Source of the DNA: an uncultured Gammaproteobacteria bacterium
GTDB taxonomy: Bacteria > Patescibacteriota > Patescibacteriia > Patescibacteriales > UBA12465
Length of the DNA: 46,767 nt
Assembly: GCA_964470695.1 (NCBI GenBank)
Contig: CAYYDR010000002.1
Location: 266,401-313,167, forward strand
Reading direction: 5' to 3'
Position numbers and translations under genes: made by a program. Numbering within the stretch: position 1 is the first letter of the stretch; each line of letters starts with the position of its first letter. The notes beneath the pieces were generated by a model, which ran no database searches, was not told where the DNA came from, and was given only the letters and a program-made list of their open reading frames with translations. Of the stretch, positions 16,783 to 26,061 are shown in pieces.

Positions 16783-17559
16783 TTATTTTTTATAATAATT
16801 TCTCGCTAGAGTTTTAAGATAGCCGCCTAAATATTTTTTAATTAGGAGCAAGCGTCCTAATAAAGGCTGGTTATATTGTTTATATATTTTAAGCATTTCT
16901 TTTAACCCCTTAAATACCCCTTTTAGAGATTGGGAGGCGCCGCTTTCTTCTAGCCGGTAAGAGCCGATAATTTTATTATAATAATAAAGTTTCGGCTCGG
17001 TTTTTAAGACCTTCATCCAAAATTCCACATCACCCGCTACTTTATAGCTCAAATCAAATCCCTTAACTTTTTGGTAAAGGTCCCGTTTGAAAAAAGTACC
17101 CGGCTGAGCTGGTATGCCGCCAGAATTTTTTTGGAGAGCGACGGCTAGAGAAATATTATTCGGCGGAGAGTAAACATTTTTTATTTGGCCGTATTTATCA
17201 ATAAAATTAATGTTGCCGTAAACTATATCAGAATTATTGGTGACAAATATATTAGCTACTTCGCTTATTATTCCCGGCTGATAATAATTATCGGCGTCCA
17301 GCCAGGCCACAATTTCTCCCTGAGCTAGGTTAAAACCTTTATTCATGGCGTCGGTTATCCCTTTATCGGGTTCAGAAAGCCATTTTAGGTTATAGCTATT
17401 TTCATATTTTTTTAATAATTCTATGGTGCCGTCTGAAGAGCCGCCGTCAATGACGATGTGTTCAATAAAATCGCCCTGGTTCTTAACGCTGAGCAGGCAT
17501 TCTTCCAGAGTAGAGGCGCTTCTAAAAGCCGGCGTGATAATGGAAATTAATTTAGTCAT
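16783..17559 (-). CDS. glycosyltransferase family 2
   Basis: ISIITPAFRSASTLEECLLSVKNQ..HIVIDGGSSDGT and WLDADNYY. Confidence 0.85.
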   Translation of the reverse strand: MTKLISIITPAFRSASTLEECLLSVKNQGDFIEHIVIDGGSSDGTIELLKKYENSYNLKWLSEPDKGITDAMNKGFNLAQGEIVAWLDADNYYQPGIISEVANIFVTNNSDIVYGNINFIDKYGQIKNVYSPPNNISLAVALQKNSGGIPAQPGTFFKRDLYQKVKGFDLSYKVAGDVEFWMKVLKTEPKLYYYNKIIGSYRLEESGASQSLKGVFKGLKEMLKIYKQYNQPLLGRLLLIKKYLGGYLKTLARNYYKK

Positions 17560-18229
17560 GAGGGCGATTATTATTTTTTATGGCGATTAAGTGATAAGCG
17601 AGATGAGGGCGGCGGCTTACTAGGGGCTGGGTTAAGTTGGAAATTATTTCTCCCAGCCAGGCTGGTTTTATTTTTGGCTCCCATTCTTGACCCCGCAAGA
17701 ATTTTAGCCCGGATAAGCCGCGGCAGGAAAAGCCTAATTCAGTTAAGTCTTGTTTAGTCCAGCCGGAGCGATGAATTTGGTAGGGATTATTATCGTAGGT
17801 CTCTTGTTTAATAAAACCGTTAGGAGTAATAATAATAATTTTTTTAGCGATCTTCTCTAGTTTAGGCAGAAAATCTAAAAAATCTTTTTTAGTAAAATGC
17901 TCAATAACATCAATAAGGAGGGCGCAGTCAAAGGATTGAGGCGGGAAGTCAATCGCGAAAATATTAGAGTTAATATACTCAGAGTGGATTTTTTCTTTGG
18001 CTAGATTATTTAAAATATAAGGTTCAAAAATATCCACCCCGACGGAGTAGAGTTCCAAGGCCGGCGCCTTTTTTAAATTTTTTAAAGGCGAACTTGGCCC
18101 GCAGCCGAGATCTAAAACCGACTGGCAATTTTTTAGTTCATCGCGCAGGAGGGATTCAATAATTTCGCCGGTGTCGGGGAAAATTTTTTTGAAAGTTTGG
18201 CGGTAGGCTGATTTTAATATTTTTTTCAT
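17552..18229 (-). CDS. class I SAM-dependent methyltransferase
   Basis: SVLDLGCGPS (motif I) and LLIDVIEHF (motif post-II/III). Confidence 0.7.
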   Translation of the reverse strand: MKKILKSAYRQTFKKIFPDTGEIIESLLRDELKNCQSVLDLGCGPSSPLKNLKKAPALELYSVGVDIFEPYILNNLAKEKIHSEYINSNIFAIDFPPQSFDCALLIDVIEHFTKKDFLDFLPKLEKIAKKIIIITPNGFIKQETYDNNPYQIHRSGWTKQDLTELGFSCRGLSGLKFLRGQEWEPKIKPAWLGEIISNLTQPLVSRRPHLAYHLIAIKNNNRPHD

Positions 18230-19155
18230 AAGCTGGCGTTTCGGGCTGAGATTATTTTTTCCAGGCCTTGTTCTAAGCTAATACTCGGTTCCCAATTCAA
18301 ATATTGTTTGGCTTTTTTATTATCCAAAGAAAAGCGCTGTAATTCTCCGGGCCGATCGGGCTGGTAATTAGGCTGGTTATTTTTATGGAGGAGTTTGGCA
18401 ATCGTTGCGTAGAGATAATTTAAGCTGACCTCTCGGCCGGTGCCAATATTGAAAATCGGCAGTATATTTTTATTGGCTGTGAAATCTAGAGCTTGGAGAT
18501 TAGCTTTTGTAATATCATCAACATAGACATAGTCGCGAGTTTTTTCACCATTACCATAGATATCGGCCGATTGGTCGCTGGCTATAGAGCGGATGTAGTC
18601 GGCCATGGCCCCGCCTACTTGGCGCGGTCCGTAGACAGTCGCGTAGCGCAACACGATAAAATTTTGACCATAGGCCTTATAAAAAAATTGCAGATAATTT
18701 TCGCTGGATGACTTAGTGATGATATAGGGGTTGTCAGGGATAATTGGCTCGGTCTCCGGCGTCGGTAAGACACTAGTATTACCATAAACAAAACCCGAGG
18801 AAGCTAAAATTATTTTTTCTACCTTATATTCCTTGGCCCAGACCATGATATTAAGATTGCCGTTAAGACTTTGAATATCAAACATCGGGTCGGCGACGGC
18901 TTTAGGCACAATGGTGTTAAAAGCTAGAGAATAGATAATTTCCGGCCTTTCTGTTTCAAAGACCTTTTTTATTTCCGGACTATTAATATCTAATAGATAA
19001 AATTTAGCGGCTGGATTAAGGTTTGCTTGCCGGCCGGTACTGAGATTATCAATTACGGAGACAAGAGCTCCCTCATTTATCAAAGCGTCTACCAAATGCG
19101 AGCCGATAAAGCCAGCGCCGCCCGTCACTAGTATTCTTTTATTTTTTAAATTCAT
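18226..19155 (-). CDS. NAD-dependent nucleotide-sugar epimerase/dehydratase (extended SDR)
   Basis: ILVTGGAGFIGSHLVDAL Rossmann motif and YIITK (YxxxK catalytic pair). Confidence 0.85.
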   Translation of the reverse strand: MNLKNKRILVTGGAGFIGSHLVDALINEGALVSVIDNLSTGRQANLNPAAKFYLLDINSPEIKKVFETERPEIIYSLAFNTIVPKAVADPMFDIQSLNGNLNIMVWAKEYKVEKIILASSGFVYGNTSVLPTPETEPIIPDNPYIITKSSSENYLQFFYKAYGQNFIVLRYATVYGPRQVGGAMADYIRSIASDQSADIYGNGEKTRDYVYVDDITKANLQALDFTANKNILPIFNIGTGREVSLNYLYATIAKLLHKNNQPNYQPDRPGELQRFSLDNKKAKQYLNWEPSISLEQGLEKIISARNASL

Positions 19156-19159
19156 AGTT

Positions 19160-20497
19160 TTAGCGTCCGGCTCTGGACATCATTGTAGCGATAGTCTTAA
19201 GAGCGATAGAAATGTCTAAATAGAAGGAGCGGTTTTTTAAATAAAATAAATCGTATTGCAACTTGTCCAGGCTATCAGTAGCGGAGTGGGAATGATAGTC
19301 ACCGGAGATTTGATCCCAGCCGGTTAGTCCTGGTTTAATTAAAAGCCGGGTTTTATAAAAGGGAATTTGTTTTTCTAGCTCGCCGATGATTTCTGGTCTT
19401 TCTGGCCGCGGGCCGATCAGGCTCATTTCGCCTTTGAGAATATTAAGAACTTGCGGAATTTCGTCTAAACGCGTGCTGCGCAAAAAAGAGCCGAAGCTAG
19501 TAATACGCTCGTTGTCGCTAATACTTATTGAATCGGTCGTTACCGGGGCGGCGCTAGCCGGACGCATAGTGCGGAATTTAATGATAGTAAATGGCTTTTC
19601 ATTTTTGCCGAGGCGCTGTTGGCGGAAAAAAATTGGTCCAGAGCTGGTTATTTTAATGCCAAGGCTGATAAGAGGCCAAATAGGCAGGGAAATAATTAAA
19701 ATAATTAAAGATAAAATATAGTCAATGATTTGTTTATTAATGTCAAAATATTTTTTCTGCCCTTCGCGCAAGTTATCTAAAAACCAAGCGGGGCTGATGG
19801 CTTCTACTGGTACTTGGTCGCAGAGCATCTCAAAAAAATCCGGGTAAGAGAAAAAATTTATTTTTTGCGGTAGACAGCTTAAAAGGGCGGCGCTTAACTC
19901 GGGACTGCTGTCAAAATCATCACAAATAACAATCGCCTGGATGTTTTTCTCTCTAACCTGGACGTCTAACTCGTGGATTTGGTCTAAACTACTAATAATT
20001 AAAGTTGCCTCATAGCCCGAGCCAGATTGTTTTTCTAATTGCTTGAGCAGTTTATCTGTTTTGGCGTTATGGCCGATAATAATTAGGCGGTTTTTAAAGA
20101 AAGTCGCTCCAGTTAAGAGGCGGCTGAGCTGGCGCCAAATTAGAAACAGGCAGAAAAACAAAACTATAAAAATTAGCAGGTTCGTTTTAGGGGTAATGCT
20201 AGTTTGAGGGTTAAGGTAAAAGTAAAGGACGGACAGGGCACTGCTAACTAAGGCTGAATTAAAAGCCGGGCTAAAGAAGCGCCGGCTAAATGGCTTGAGA
20301 TTAAGCTTATAGAGACTGTTAGTATAAAAAACAATTATCCAAATTAAAAAGATTATTAAAAAATTGGGCCAATGGCTAGCCCAGTTATCTGGCCAAGTAT
20401 TTTTGGGGTAGCGGGAGGCAATAGTTAAAAATAAAGCCAGATGGAGACAGGCTAAATCACCGGCCAGCAAGATAAGTTTTTTTAGCTTAGTTAGCAT
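19160..20497 (-). CDS. polyprenyl-phosphate hexose-1-phosphate transferase (WbaP/bacterial sugar transferase family)
   Basis: N-terminal TM helices. C-terminal FRQQRLGKNEKPFTIIKFRTM and DEIPQVLNILKGEMSLIGPRPERP are hallmark blocks. Confidence 0.85.
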   Translation of the reverse strand: MLTKLKKLILLAGDLACLHLALFLTIASRYPKNTWPDNWASHWPNFLIIFLIWIIVFYTNSLYKLNLKPFSRRFFSPAFNSALVSSALSVLYFYLNPQTSITPKTNLLIFIVLFFCLFLIWRQLSRLLTGATFFKNRLIIIGHNAKTDKLLKQLEKQSGSGYEATLIISSLDQIHELDVQVREKNIQAIVICDDFDSSPELSAALLSCLPQKINFFSYPDFFEMLCDQVPVEAISPAWFLDNLREGQKKYFDINKQIIDYILSLIILIISLPIWPLISLGIKITSSGPIFFRQQRLGKNEKPFTIIKFRTMRPASAAPVTTDSISISDNERITSFGSFLRSTRLDEIPQVLNILKGEMSLIGPRPERPEIIGELEKQIPFYKTRLLIKPGLTGWDQISGDYHSHSATDSLDKLQYDLFYLKNRSFYLDISIALKTIATMMSRAGR

Positions 20498-20503
20498 GGG
20501 TTT

Positions 20504-20532
20504 AATATATCAATTTATTGGCTAAAAATCAA
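20504..20532 (-). promoter_or_regulatory. TTGATT-N17-TATATT promoter with TG extension, 6 nt before start codon at 20497
   Basis: Reverse complement reads TTGATTtttagccaataaatTGaTATATTaaacccATG. Head of the 8-gene glycan operon. Confidence 0.5.
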
Positions 20533-20563
20533 TTTAAAAAACGATTTATTTTTTATAGTAATA

Positions 20564-20572
20564 TGCTATAAT
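20564..20572 (+). promoter_or_regulatory. extended -10 TGcTATAAT upstream of the surface-protein gene
   Basis: Exact match, about 80 nt upstream of ATG 20654. Confidence 0.45.
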
Positions 20573-20653
20573 AAAATCAGTTATTTGTTTAAATAATAGT
20601 CTCGATTTCTAGGAATGGGAACCGAGATATTTATTATGCTAATATTAAATAAA

Positions 20654-23284
20654 ATGTCTAAAATTAATGTCCGTTTTTTTCTGCTGGCCGCTTTATTTTT
20701 AACTTGGCCATTTTTAACTCAAGCCTCAAGCTGCGAAGATGATACAATCCTTTCTTTTGTGGCGCGCGAACCAGGCGGGTCATACATCGCTAACGCCAGG
20801 ATTGATGTCTACCAGCAGGATTTAGATGCTAATGGTGATCTTAAGCCGTCTACTCGCGTGGCCGGTGCTAATACCGACGCTACTTTAGGTCGGGCCACTA
20901 TTAAATGGCGCGTGTCTGACACGGCGACCGGATCTTATGCTATCCGCGTCCAGACGATTAGTAGAGATAACGCTAGTTTCTGGTTTTATAATTTTAATTT
21001 TAGTTGCGGCCAGACGGTCTCGGCGGAACGAACCTTGAGCGGTTTCTCCTTTACCTTACGCGACTACGACGGCAGTATTTTAACTAATACCGGTTTTAGT
21101 GTCTACTCCCAGGCTCGGGATGAAAATGGCACTTATCTTAATGCTAAAGATGAACTTTTGGCTAGCCTTAATTCCGGCTCTACTGGGCGAGTTAAGGTTT
21201 ACTTGCCCCAGGGCAGCGTTCGTTCTTTAGACGGCTTGCGTCCGGATTATTATGTTTTAGAAGTAAATAGCAGCGGCGCTAAAACTTATTACTATAATTT
21301 ACAGGCCGTTGATGGCCAGTTAACAAATGTCAACTATAGTGTTAGCGCTTTAAGGGTAAAGTTAAGAGATAATGCCGATAAATTAATGGTTGGGTCTCGG
21401 GTAGAAATTTATAAACAGGAGACCAGCGCTGATAATAGTTATCAGAAAGGGTCTAAGGTGGGAGAAATTACCATTGATGATAAGGGCTATGGCTTCATGC
21501 GCTTGCCTAGCGGCGCCTATATTTTAGGGGTGAAGGGAACAGACGGCAATTATCAGTATTTTCCTTATATCAATGTCTCTAATGGCCAGCTTAATGATCT
21601 TAATTTAAAATTAGATGCTTCTTTTGCGGGCAATAATACTTGCCAAAAGACTTCTAAAATAAATTTAGTAGTCCGTAATATATCGGGAGAGCTAATCCCG
21701 GGTTTGAAATTTGAGATTTATGAGCAGAAACCCGATGCTAACGGTTTACCTTCAGCCGGACCAAAATTCGCGGGCGGAACTCTTGATAATAGCGGCCGAG
21801 CCACTTTGACTTTAAAGCCAGATCCCGAGAAAATCTACGCCCTAAAGATCTGGGATAAGCGCGCCGACCTCGGTGATTATTGGTTTTTTGACTCAATTAA
21901 ATTTAGCTGCGGGTTTGATCGCAATATCAATAAAAATTTACCAGCCTTAAAAATTGTTTTGCGTGATGGCCAGGGAAATTTAAAGCGTAATTTCTCTTTT
22001 TCCGTTTCTGCTCAGCAGTATGACGCTGATAAGAATCCGGTTATTGCTGATAATGGTTTAGTTTCTAATCTTAAGACGGATTCAGGTGGCCAAGCCGTAA
22101 TTTATGTCTCGCCTTATAATCCTTATCGCGGCGGGCAATCTGGTTCTTATGTGGTTAGTGCTAAAGACGCGAGCGGTAATACAGTTAATTTTTTCAATAT
22201 TAATATCAGTTCTGAGAAAGACTATGTCTTTCAAGCCGGCCTTAGCGGCCTTAGCGGCTTATTAGTTGACGGCCGAGGGCGAGCCCAAGCCAATAAAGAT
22301 ATTAAATTATATTCCTTCACGACTGATAGTTTTGGGCGCCATCTTGGCTCGGTGCTAGCTAAAACCAAAACTGATGATAACGGTCGGTTTAGCTTTGAAT
22401 ATCCGGCCGGAACTTATGTCATCGGCGTGAATGATGATTTTTCACAGGAGAATTTATTCTGGAATATATCTACTAAAGCTAGCGGCGTAGCTCAGAAATT
22501 AACTCTTAACCTAACTAATTTTAGCTTGTCAGATAATTTGGGCGAGGGAGTGCCGAATGAGCCGGAAATAAAATTATATTCCTTAACTGGCAATAATTCT
22601 CAGGGTTATTTTCGTGATAAGACCGTTGGTTCTGTAAAATTAGGAAGCGGTAAGACGGCCATGAAATCTCTAGCGGCTGGGTCTTATTTGGCTATTTATG
22701 TTGGCAAGGGCAATAGAGAATACGGGACCTCTTTTACGGCTGTTAATGGTTCTTTTCAGAATGTCAGTATTATCATGAGCAGTAAAACTGCTATTAAAGA
22801 CGGCCAATCTTTTAAGGTCAGCGGCGCCTCAGCCAGCGGTGTTTCAGGAACTGCGGGGACGGCTTCTACTAGCGGTAATTCTAATAGCAGTTCTAATGCC
22901 TCCTCGTCCGTTAAAACGCCTAGCCTTAAGGGCCGCATCCTTATCCAGGTAGAAGATAAGGGTAAAGCTTGGTATGTAAATCCTAGCGATAGCAAAAAAT
23001 ATTATTTGGGCCGCCCAGCCGACGCCTTTGATTTAATGCGTCGCTTCGGCTTAGGCATCTCCAATGATAATTTTGCCGCCCTAGCTAAAAATCCTAGCGC
23101 CTGGCGCCAGTTAGCCGGAAAAATTTTAATTAAGACCGAAGATAGCGGCCGCGCTTATTATTTTGACCCAGTTACTCTCAAACTTAATTATCTCGGCCGC
23201 CCCGATGATGCCTTTGATTTAATCCGTAATTTGGGCCTAGGTATTAGTAACACTAATTTGAATAAAATAAGCACTGGCAAATAA
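20654..23284 (+). CDS. large secreted multi-repeat surface protein with C-terminal tandem anchoring-like repeats
   Basis: Signal peptide MSKINVRFFLLAALFLTWPFLTQASS. About 8 beta-sandwich-like modules sharing the pattern (V/F)E(I)Y(K/E)Q..DANG...G.TD..G...(L/V). A Ser-rich linker, then two 62-aa repeats G(R/K)ILI..ED.G.A(W/Y)Y..P...K..YLGRP.DAFDL(M/I)R..GLGIS. ATG 20654 is preferred over the track start 20615. Confidence 0.7.
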   Translation: MSKINVRFFLLAALFLTWPFLTQASSCEDDTILSFVAREPGGSYIANARIDVYQQDLDANGDLKPSTRVAGANTDATLGRATIKWRVSDTATGSYAIRVQTISRDNASFWFYNFNFSCGQTVSAERTLSGFSFTLRDYDGSILTNTGFSVYSQARDENGTYLNAKDELLASLNSGSTGRVKVYLPQGSVRSLDGLRPDYYVLEVNSSGAKTYYYNLQAVDGQLTNVNYSVSALRVKLRDNADKLMVGSRVEIYKQETSADNSYQKGSKVGEITIDDKGYGFMRLPSGAYILGVKGTDGNYQYFPYINVSNGQLNDLNLKLDASFAGNNTCQKTSKINLVVRNISGELIPGLKFEIYEQKPDANGLPSAGPKFAGGTLDNSGRATLTLKPDPEKIYALKIWDKRADLGDYWFFDSIKFSCGFDRNINKNLPALKIVLRDGQGNLKRNFSFSVSAQQYDADKNPVIADNGLVSNLKTDSGGQAVIYVSPYNPYRGGQSGSYVVSAKDASGNTVNFFNINISSEKDYVFQAGLSGLSGLLVDGRGRAQANKDIKLYSFTTDSFGRHLGSVLAKTKTDDNGRFSFEYPAGTYVIGVNDDFSQENLFWNISTKASGVAQKLTLNLTNFSLSDNLGEGVPNEPEIKLYSLTGNNSQGYFRDKTVGSVKLGSGKTAMKSLAAGSYLAIYVGKGNREYGTSFTAVNGSFQNVSIIMSSKTAIKDGQSFKVSGASASGVSGTAGTASTSGNSNSSSNASSSVKTPSLKGRILIQVEDKGKAWYVNPSDSKKYYLGRPADAFDLMRRFGLGISNDNFAALAKNPSAWRQLAGKILIKTEDSGRAYYFDPVTLKLNYLGRPDDAFDLIRNLGLGISNTNLNKISTGK
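22931..23281 (+). repeat. two tandem 186-nt (62-aa) repeats at the C-terminus of the surface protein
   Basis: GRILIQVEDKGKAWYVNPSDSKKYYLGRPADAFDLMRRFGLGISNDNF versus GKILIKTEDSGRAYYFDPVTLKLNYLGRPDDAFDLIRNLGLGISNTNL. Repeat starts are at 22931 and 23117. Confidence 0.8.
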
Positions 23285-23294
23285 TTAATCTTAT

Positions 23295-24275
23295 ATGTCT
23301 CAGGCGGGTTGGTCATGGCCAGGCATTGGCAATGATAAAGTAACTGAATTTTTAGAAAAAGCTTATTCTAGCGGCCAGGTCGCTCAAGCTTATATTTTTG
23401 TCGGGCTTGATGATCTTGGCAAATCAACCGTGGCCCTAGCTTTCGCTCGTAATTTACAGGGTCAACCCGAAGGCTTTAATAGTGATTTGCATATTTTAGA
23501 GCCAGAAGCTGGCAAGAAAAGTATTTCTATTGAGCTAACTCGGGAATTTATTAAAACTCTTAATTTGAGTTCTTTTCTAAATTCCTATAAGATTGGAATA
23601 ATTAAGGAGGCGGAATTATTAACCGAAGAGGCAAAAAGTGCCCTTTTAAAGACCTTAGAAGAACCTAAAGAAAAAGTAGTGATTATTCTCTTAGTTTCTG
23701 ATGAGAGCCGTCTGCCGGCCACGATTTTATCGCGCGCCCAGTTAGTTTATTTTTATCCCGTGCCCGCTGCAGTAATTTATGATTATCTGATAGATAATTA
23801 CGGCGCTAATCGTTCCTTGGCTAAGGATTTAGCTAATTTAGCTCTGGGGCGCCCCCTACTAGCCTTAAAAATGCTGGAGAATCCGGAAGAGTATAGGGAT
23901 TATTTAGATAGAGCGGAGAAATGGCTGTCTATCATTGGCTTAGATCATAACTCTCGCCTGAAAGTTTTGGATGAATTATTTTCTGATAAGACCTGGAGTA
24001 AACAGGCGGTTGAGGCAGCTGCCAATTTATTATTCATGGCTGAAGGATTGGCCCGAGACCTCTTACTCCTGCATCTCGGCCAGCCGGAACGTTTACAGAA
24101 TTCCGCGCTTCTATCTTCCTTAGAAAAAACTTTAGCTATTTTGGACGAACCAAAGGGTGAGGATAGCGCTCCAGTTATTCTCAGACAGTTAAAACTTATT
24201 GCTCAAGCCAAAGAATATTTAACAGCCAATGTTAACCCGCGCCTGATTCTAGAGCAAGTCGTGATTAATTATTAA
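23295..24275 (+). CDS. holB: DNA polymerase III subunit delta'
   Basis: AQAYIFVGLDDLGKSTVALAFARNL (Walker-like), ALLKTLEEP and TILSRAQ (the SRC-motif position). Confidence 0.8.
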   Translation: MSQAGWSWPGIGNDKVTEFLEKAYSSGQVAQAYIFVGLDDLGKSTVALAFARNLQGQPEGFNSDLHILEPEAGKKSISIELTREFIKTLNLSSFLNSYKIGIIKEAELLTEEAKSALLKTLEEPKEKVVIILLVSDESRLPATILSRAQLVYFYPVPAAVIYDYLIDNYGANRSLAKDLANLALGRPLLALKMLENPEEYRDYLDRAEKWLSIIGLDHNSRLKVLDELFSDKTWSKQAVEAAANLLFMAEGLARDLLLLHLGQPERLQNSALLSSLEKTLAILDEPKGEDSAPVILRQLKLIAQAKEYLTANVNPRLILEQVVINY

Positions 24276-24287
24276 GTTAAATAATAT

Positions 24288-25406
24288 ATGCTACACAAAA
24301 AAATCAGTCTAGTGGCAGTTTCCCTGGCTTTAATTTTACTAGCCTCGGGATGCTCTATTTCTACCACTTCGTCTACTGGCAATGCCGGAGTTGATAGCAG
24401 CGTCTTTCTATCAACCGACAGCGGAAAAACTTGGCGGCCCATGGTCAGCGTGCCGACTGTAGGCGGCCGGCTGCAGAACATTTCCGATTTAAATGTTAAT
24501 GTAATGTCTATGGATCCGCAGGACAGCTTGGCGGTTTATCTGGCCAGTTTTGACCGCGGCTTATACTATACTTACAATATTACTAATGGCTGGAATCACG
24601 TTGATAGCTTACCGACTACGACTGTTAATGATGTTAAAGTTGATCCTAAAAATAAATGTACTCTTTATGCGGCCTTAGCTAATCGCGTTTATCGTTCCGC
24701 TGATTGCGGGCGTAATTGGGCGCAGATTTATTTTGATAATAATCCTGGCGTGTCGGTTACGACTATTGTTGTTGATCATTATAACCCGCTCAATGTTTAT
24801 ATCGGTACCTCACGCGGTGAAATTATTAAGAGTATTGACGCCGGCAGCGCTTGGCGGACTATCCAGCGTATGGATGATGGGGTGGCTCGTTTAATTATTT
24901 CTCCTCTTGATAGCCGTTTATTATTTGTAGCGACTGTTAAGAATAAGATTTTTAGTTTCTCGTCTAATTCTAATACAGACGCTGCTAATACAGCTGATTT
25001 AGATCGTAATTTCCAGATTGAAAATTGGACGGATTTGAATGATGTTTTGAAAGATTATAATCTTGGCTCTAGTTTCAAGGATGTCATCCTCGGCCAATCT
25101 GATGGCACTATTTTCTTAGCCACGGAAAAACTTATTTTACGCTCCCCTGATAACGGGATTACCTGGGAGAATATAAAACTGATTCAGCCGGATAAAGAGG
25201 CGATTATTAACGCTATTGCTGTGAATCCTAAAGATTCTAAGGATATTTATTATGTTACTAATACTTCGCTGTTTAGGTCTAACGATGGCGGCGCTACTTG
25301 GAGCACTAAAAATTTGCCGACTAAGCGCGCCGGCCGCTCTCTGCTAATAGACTTTAAAGAGCCTAATAATATTTATCTAGGAACAGTCCAGTTAAAGAAT
25401 AAGTAA
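24288..25406 (+). CDS. probable lipoprotein with BNR/Asp-box repeats (beta-propeller, Ycf48/sialidase-like fold)
   Basis: Signal plus LLASGC lipobox-like site. Five SxDxGxxW boxes: STDSGKTW, SADCGRNW, SIDAGSAW, SPDNGITW, SNDGGATW. Confidence 0.7.
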   Translation: MLHKKISLVAVSLALILLASGCSISTTSSTGNAGVDSSVFLSTDSGKTWRPMVSVPTVGGRLQNISDLNVNVMSMDPQDSLAVYLASFDRGLYYTYNITNGWNHVDSLPTTTVNDVKVDPKNKCTLYAALANRVYRSADCGRNWAQIYFDNNPGVSVTTIVVDHYNPLNVYIGTSRGEIIKSIDAGSAWRTIQRMDDGVARLIISPLDSRLLFVATVKNKIFSFSSNSNTDAANTADLDRNFQIENWTDLNDVLKDYNLGSSFKDVILGQSDGTIFLATEKLILRSPDNGITWENIKLIQPDKEAIINAIAVNPKDSKDIYYVTNTSLFRSNDGGATWSTKNLPTKRAGRSLLIDFKEPNNIYLGTVQLKNK

Positions 25407-25443
25407 TGATTAAAATTAACTTAAATAAAATAGACCTAAAAAT

Positions 25444-25998
25444 ATGAATCAATATTTAGAAGCCAAACAGAAAGATTTTATAAATGCCTTAGATTTCTTT
25501 AGAAAAGAAATCAGCGCGCTTAGAACGGGTCGCGCCAATCCAGCCGTCTTAGACGCGGTGCAGGTTGAAGCTTACGGCGTCATGAATCCTCTTAATGCCG
25601 TCGGCAATATTGCGGTGGCTGATTCTCGCTGCATTTTGATTGCTCCTTGGGATAAAGGAGTTATTAAGAGTATTGAAAAAGCGATTGTAGAGGCGGATTT
25701 AGGCTTAGGCGTAGTTAATGAAGGGGATAAAATCCGCTTGACTGTGCCGCCTTTAACCGAGGAAAATCGCAAGGATTTAGCTAAGAAGTTAAATGAAAAA
25801 ATGGAGAAGACGCGTATTATTTTGCGAGGGGCTCGGGATAATGTTAAAAATGCCGTAGAAAAGGCTTTTGCCGATAAAGAAATAAGCGAGGATGATAAAT
25901 TTCGTTTTATTAAGGAACTGGATGAATTTTCCGCTAAAAAGAACGATGAATTAAAAGATGCCCGGGACAGAAAAGAGAAGGATATAATGGAAATTTAG
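25444..25998 (+). CDS. frr: ribosome recycling factor
   Basis: 184 aa. LRTGRANPAVLD, VEAYG, IEKAI..ADLGL.P and LTEERRKDL-like PLTEENRKDLAKK. Confidence 0.95.
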   Translation: MNQYLEAKQKDFINALDFFRKEISALRTGRANPAVLDAVQVEAYGVMNPLNAVGNIAVADSRCILIAPWDKGVIKSIEKAIVEADLGLGVVNEGDKIRLTVPPLTEENRKDLAKKLNEKMEKTRIILRGARDNVKNAVEKAFADKEISEDDKFRFIKELDEFSAKKNDELKDARDRKEKDIMEI

Positions 25999-26061
25999 AT
26001 TTTCCAGTCTAGTTTATTCTGGCTTGATTTAATAATGTTAGTTTAAAATTGTTATCAGTAT

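Noticed and set aside
20600-20630. Hairpin TCTCG...CGAGA in the 5' UTR of the surface-protein gene as a riboswitch or attenuator.
   Set aside because: Only a 5-bp closing stem with a largely unpaired interior. That is too weak to call. It is noted only because it holds one of the four TCGA sites.
22241-22262. Tandem 9-nt repeat GGCCTTAGC x2.3 inside the surface-protein gene.
   Set aside because: It is in frame (GLSGLSGL), very short and has no spacer structure. It is a trivial slippage repeat, not a CRISPR or regulatory array.
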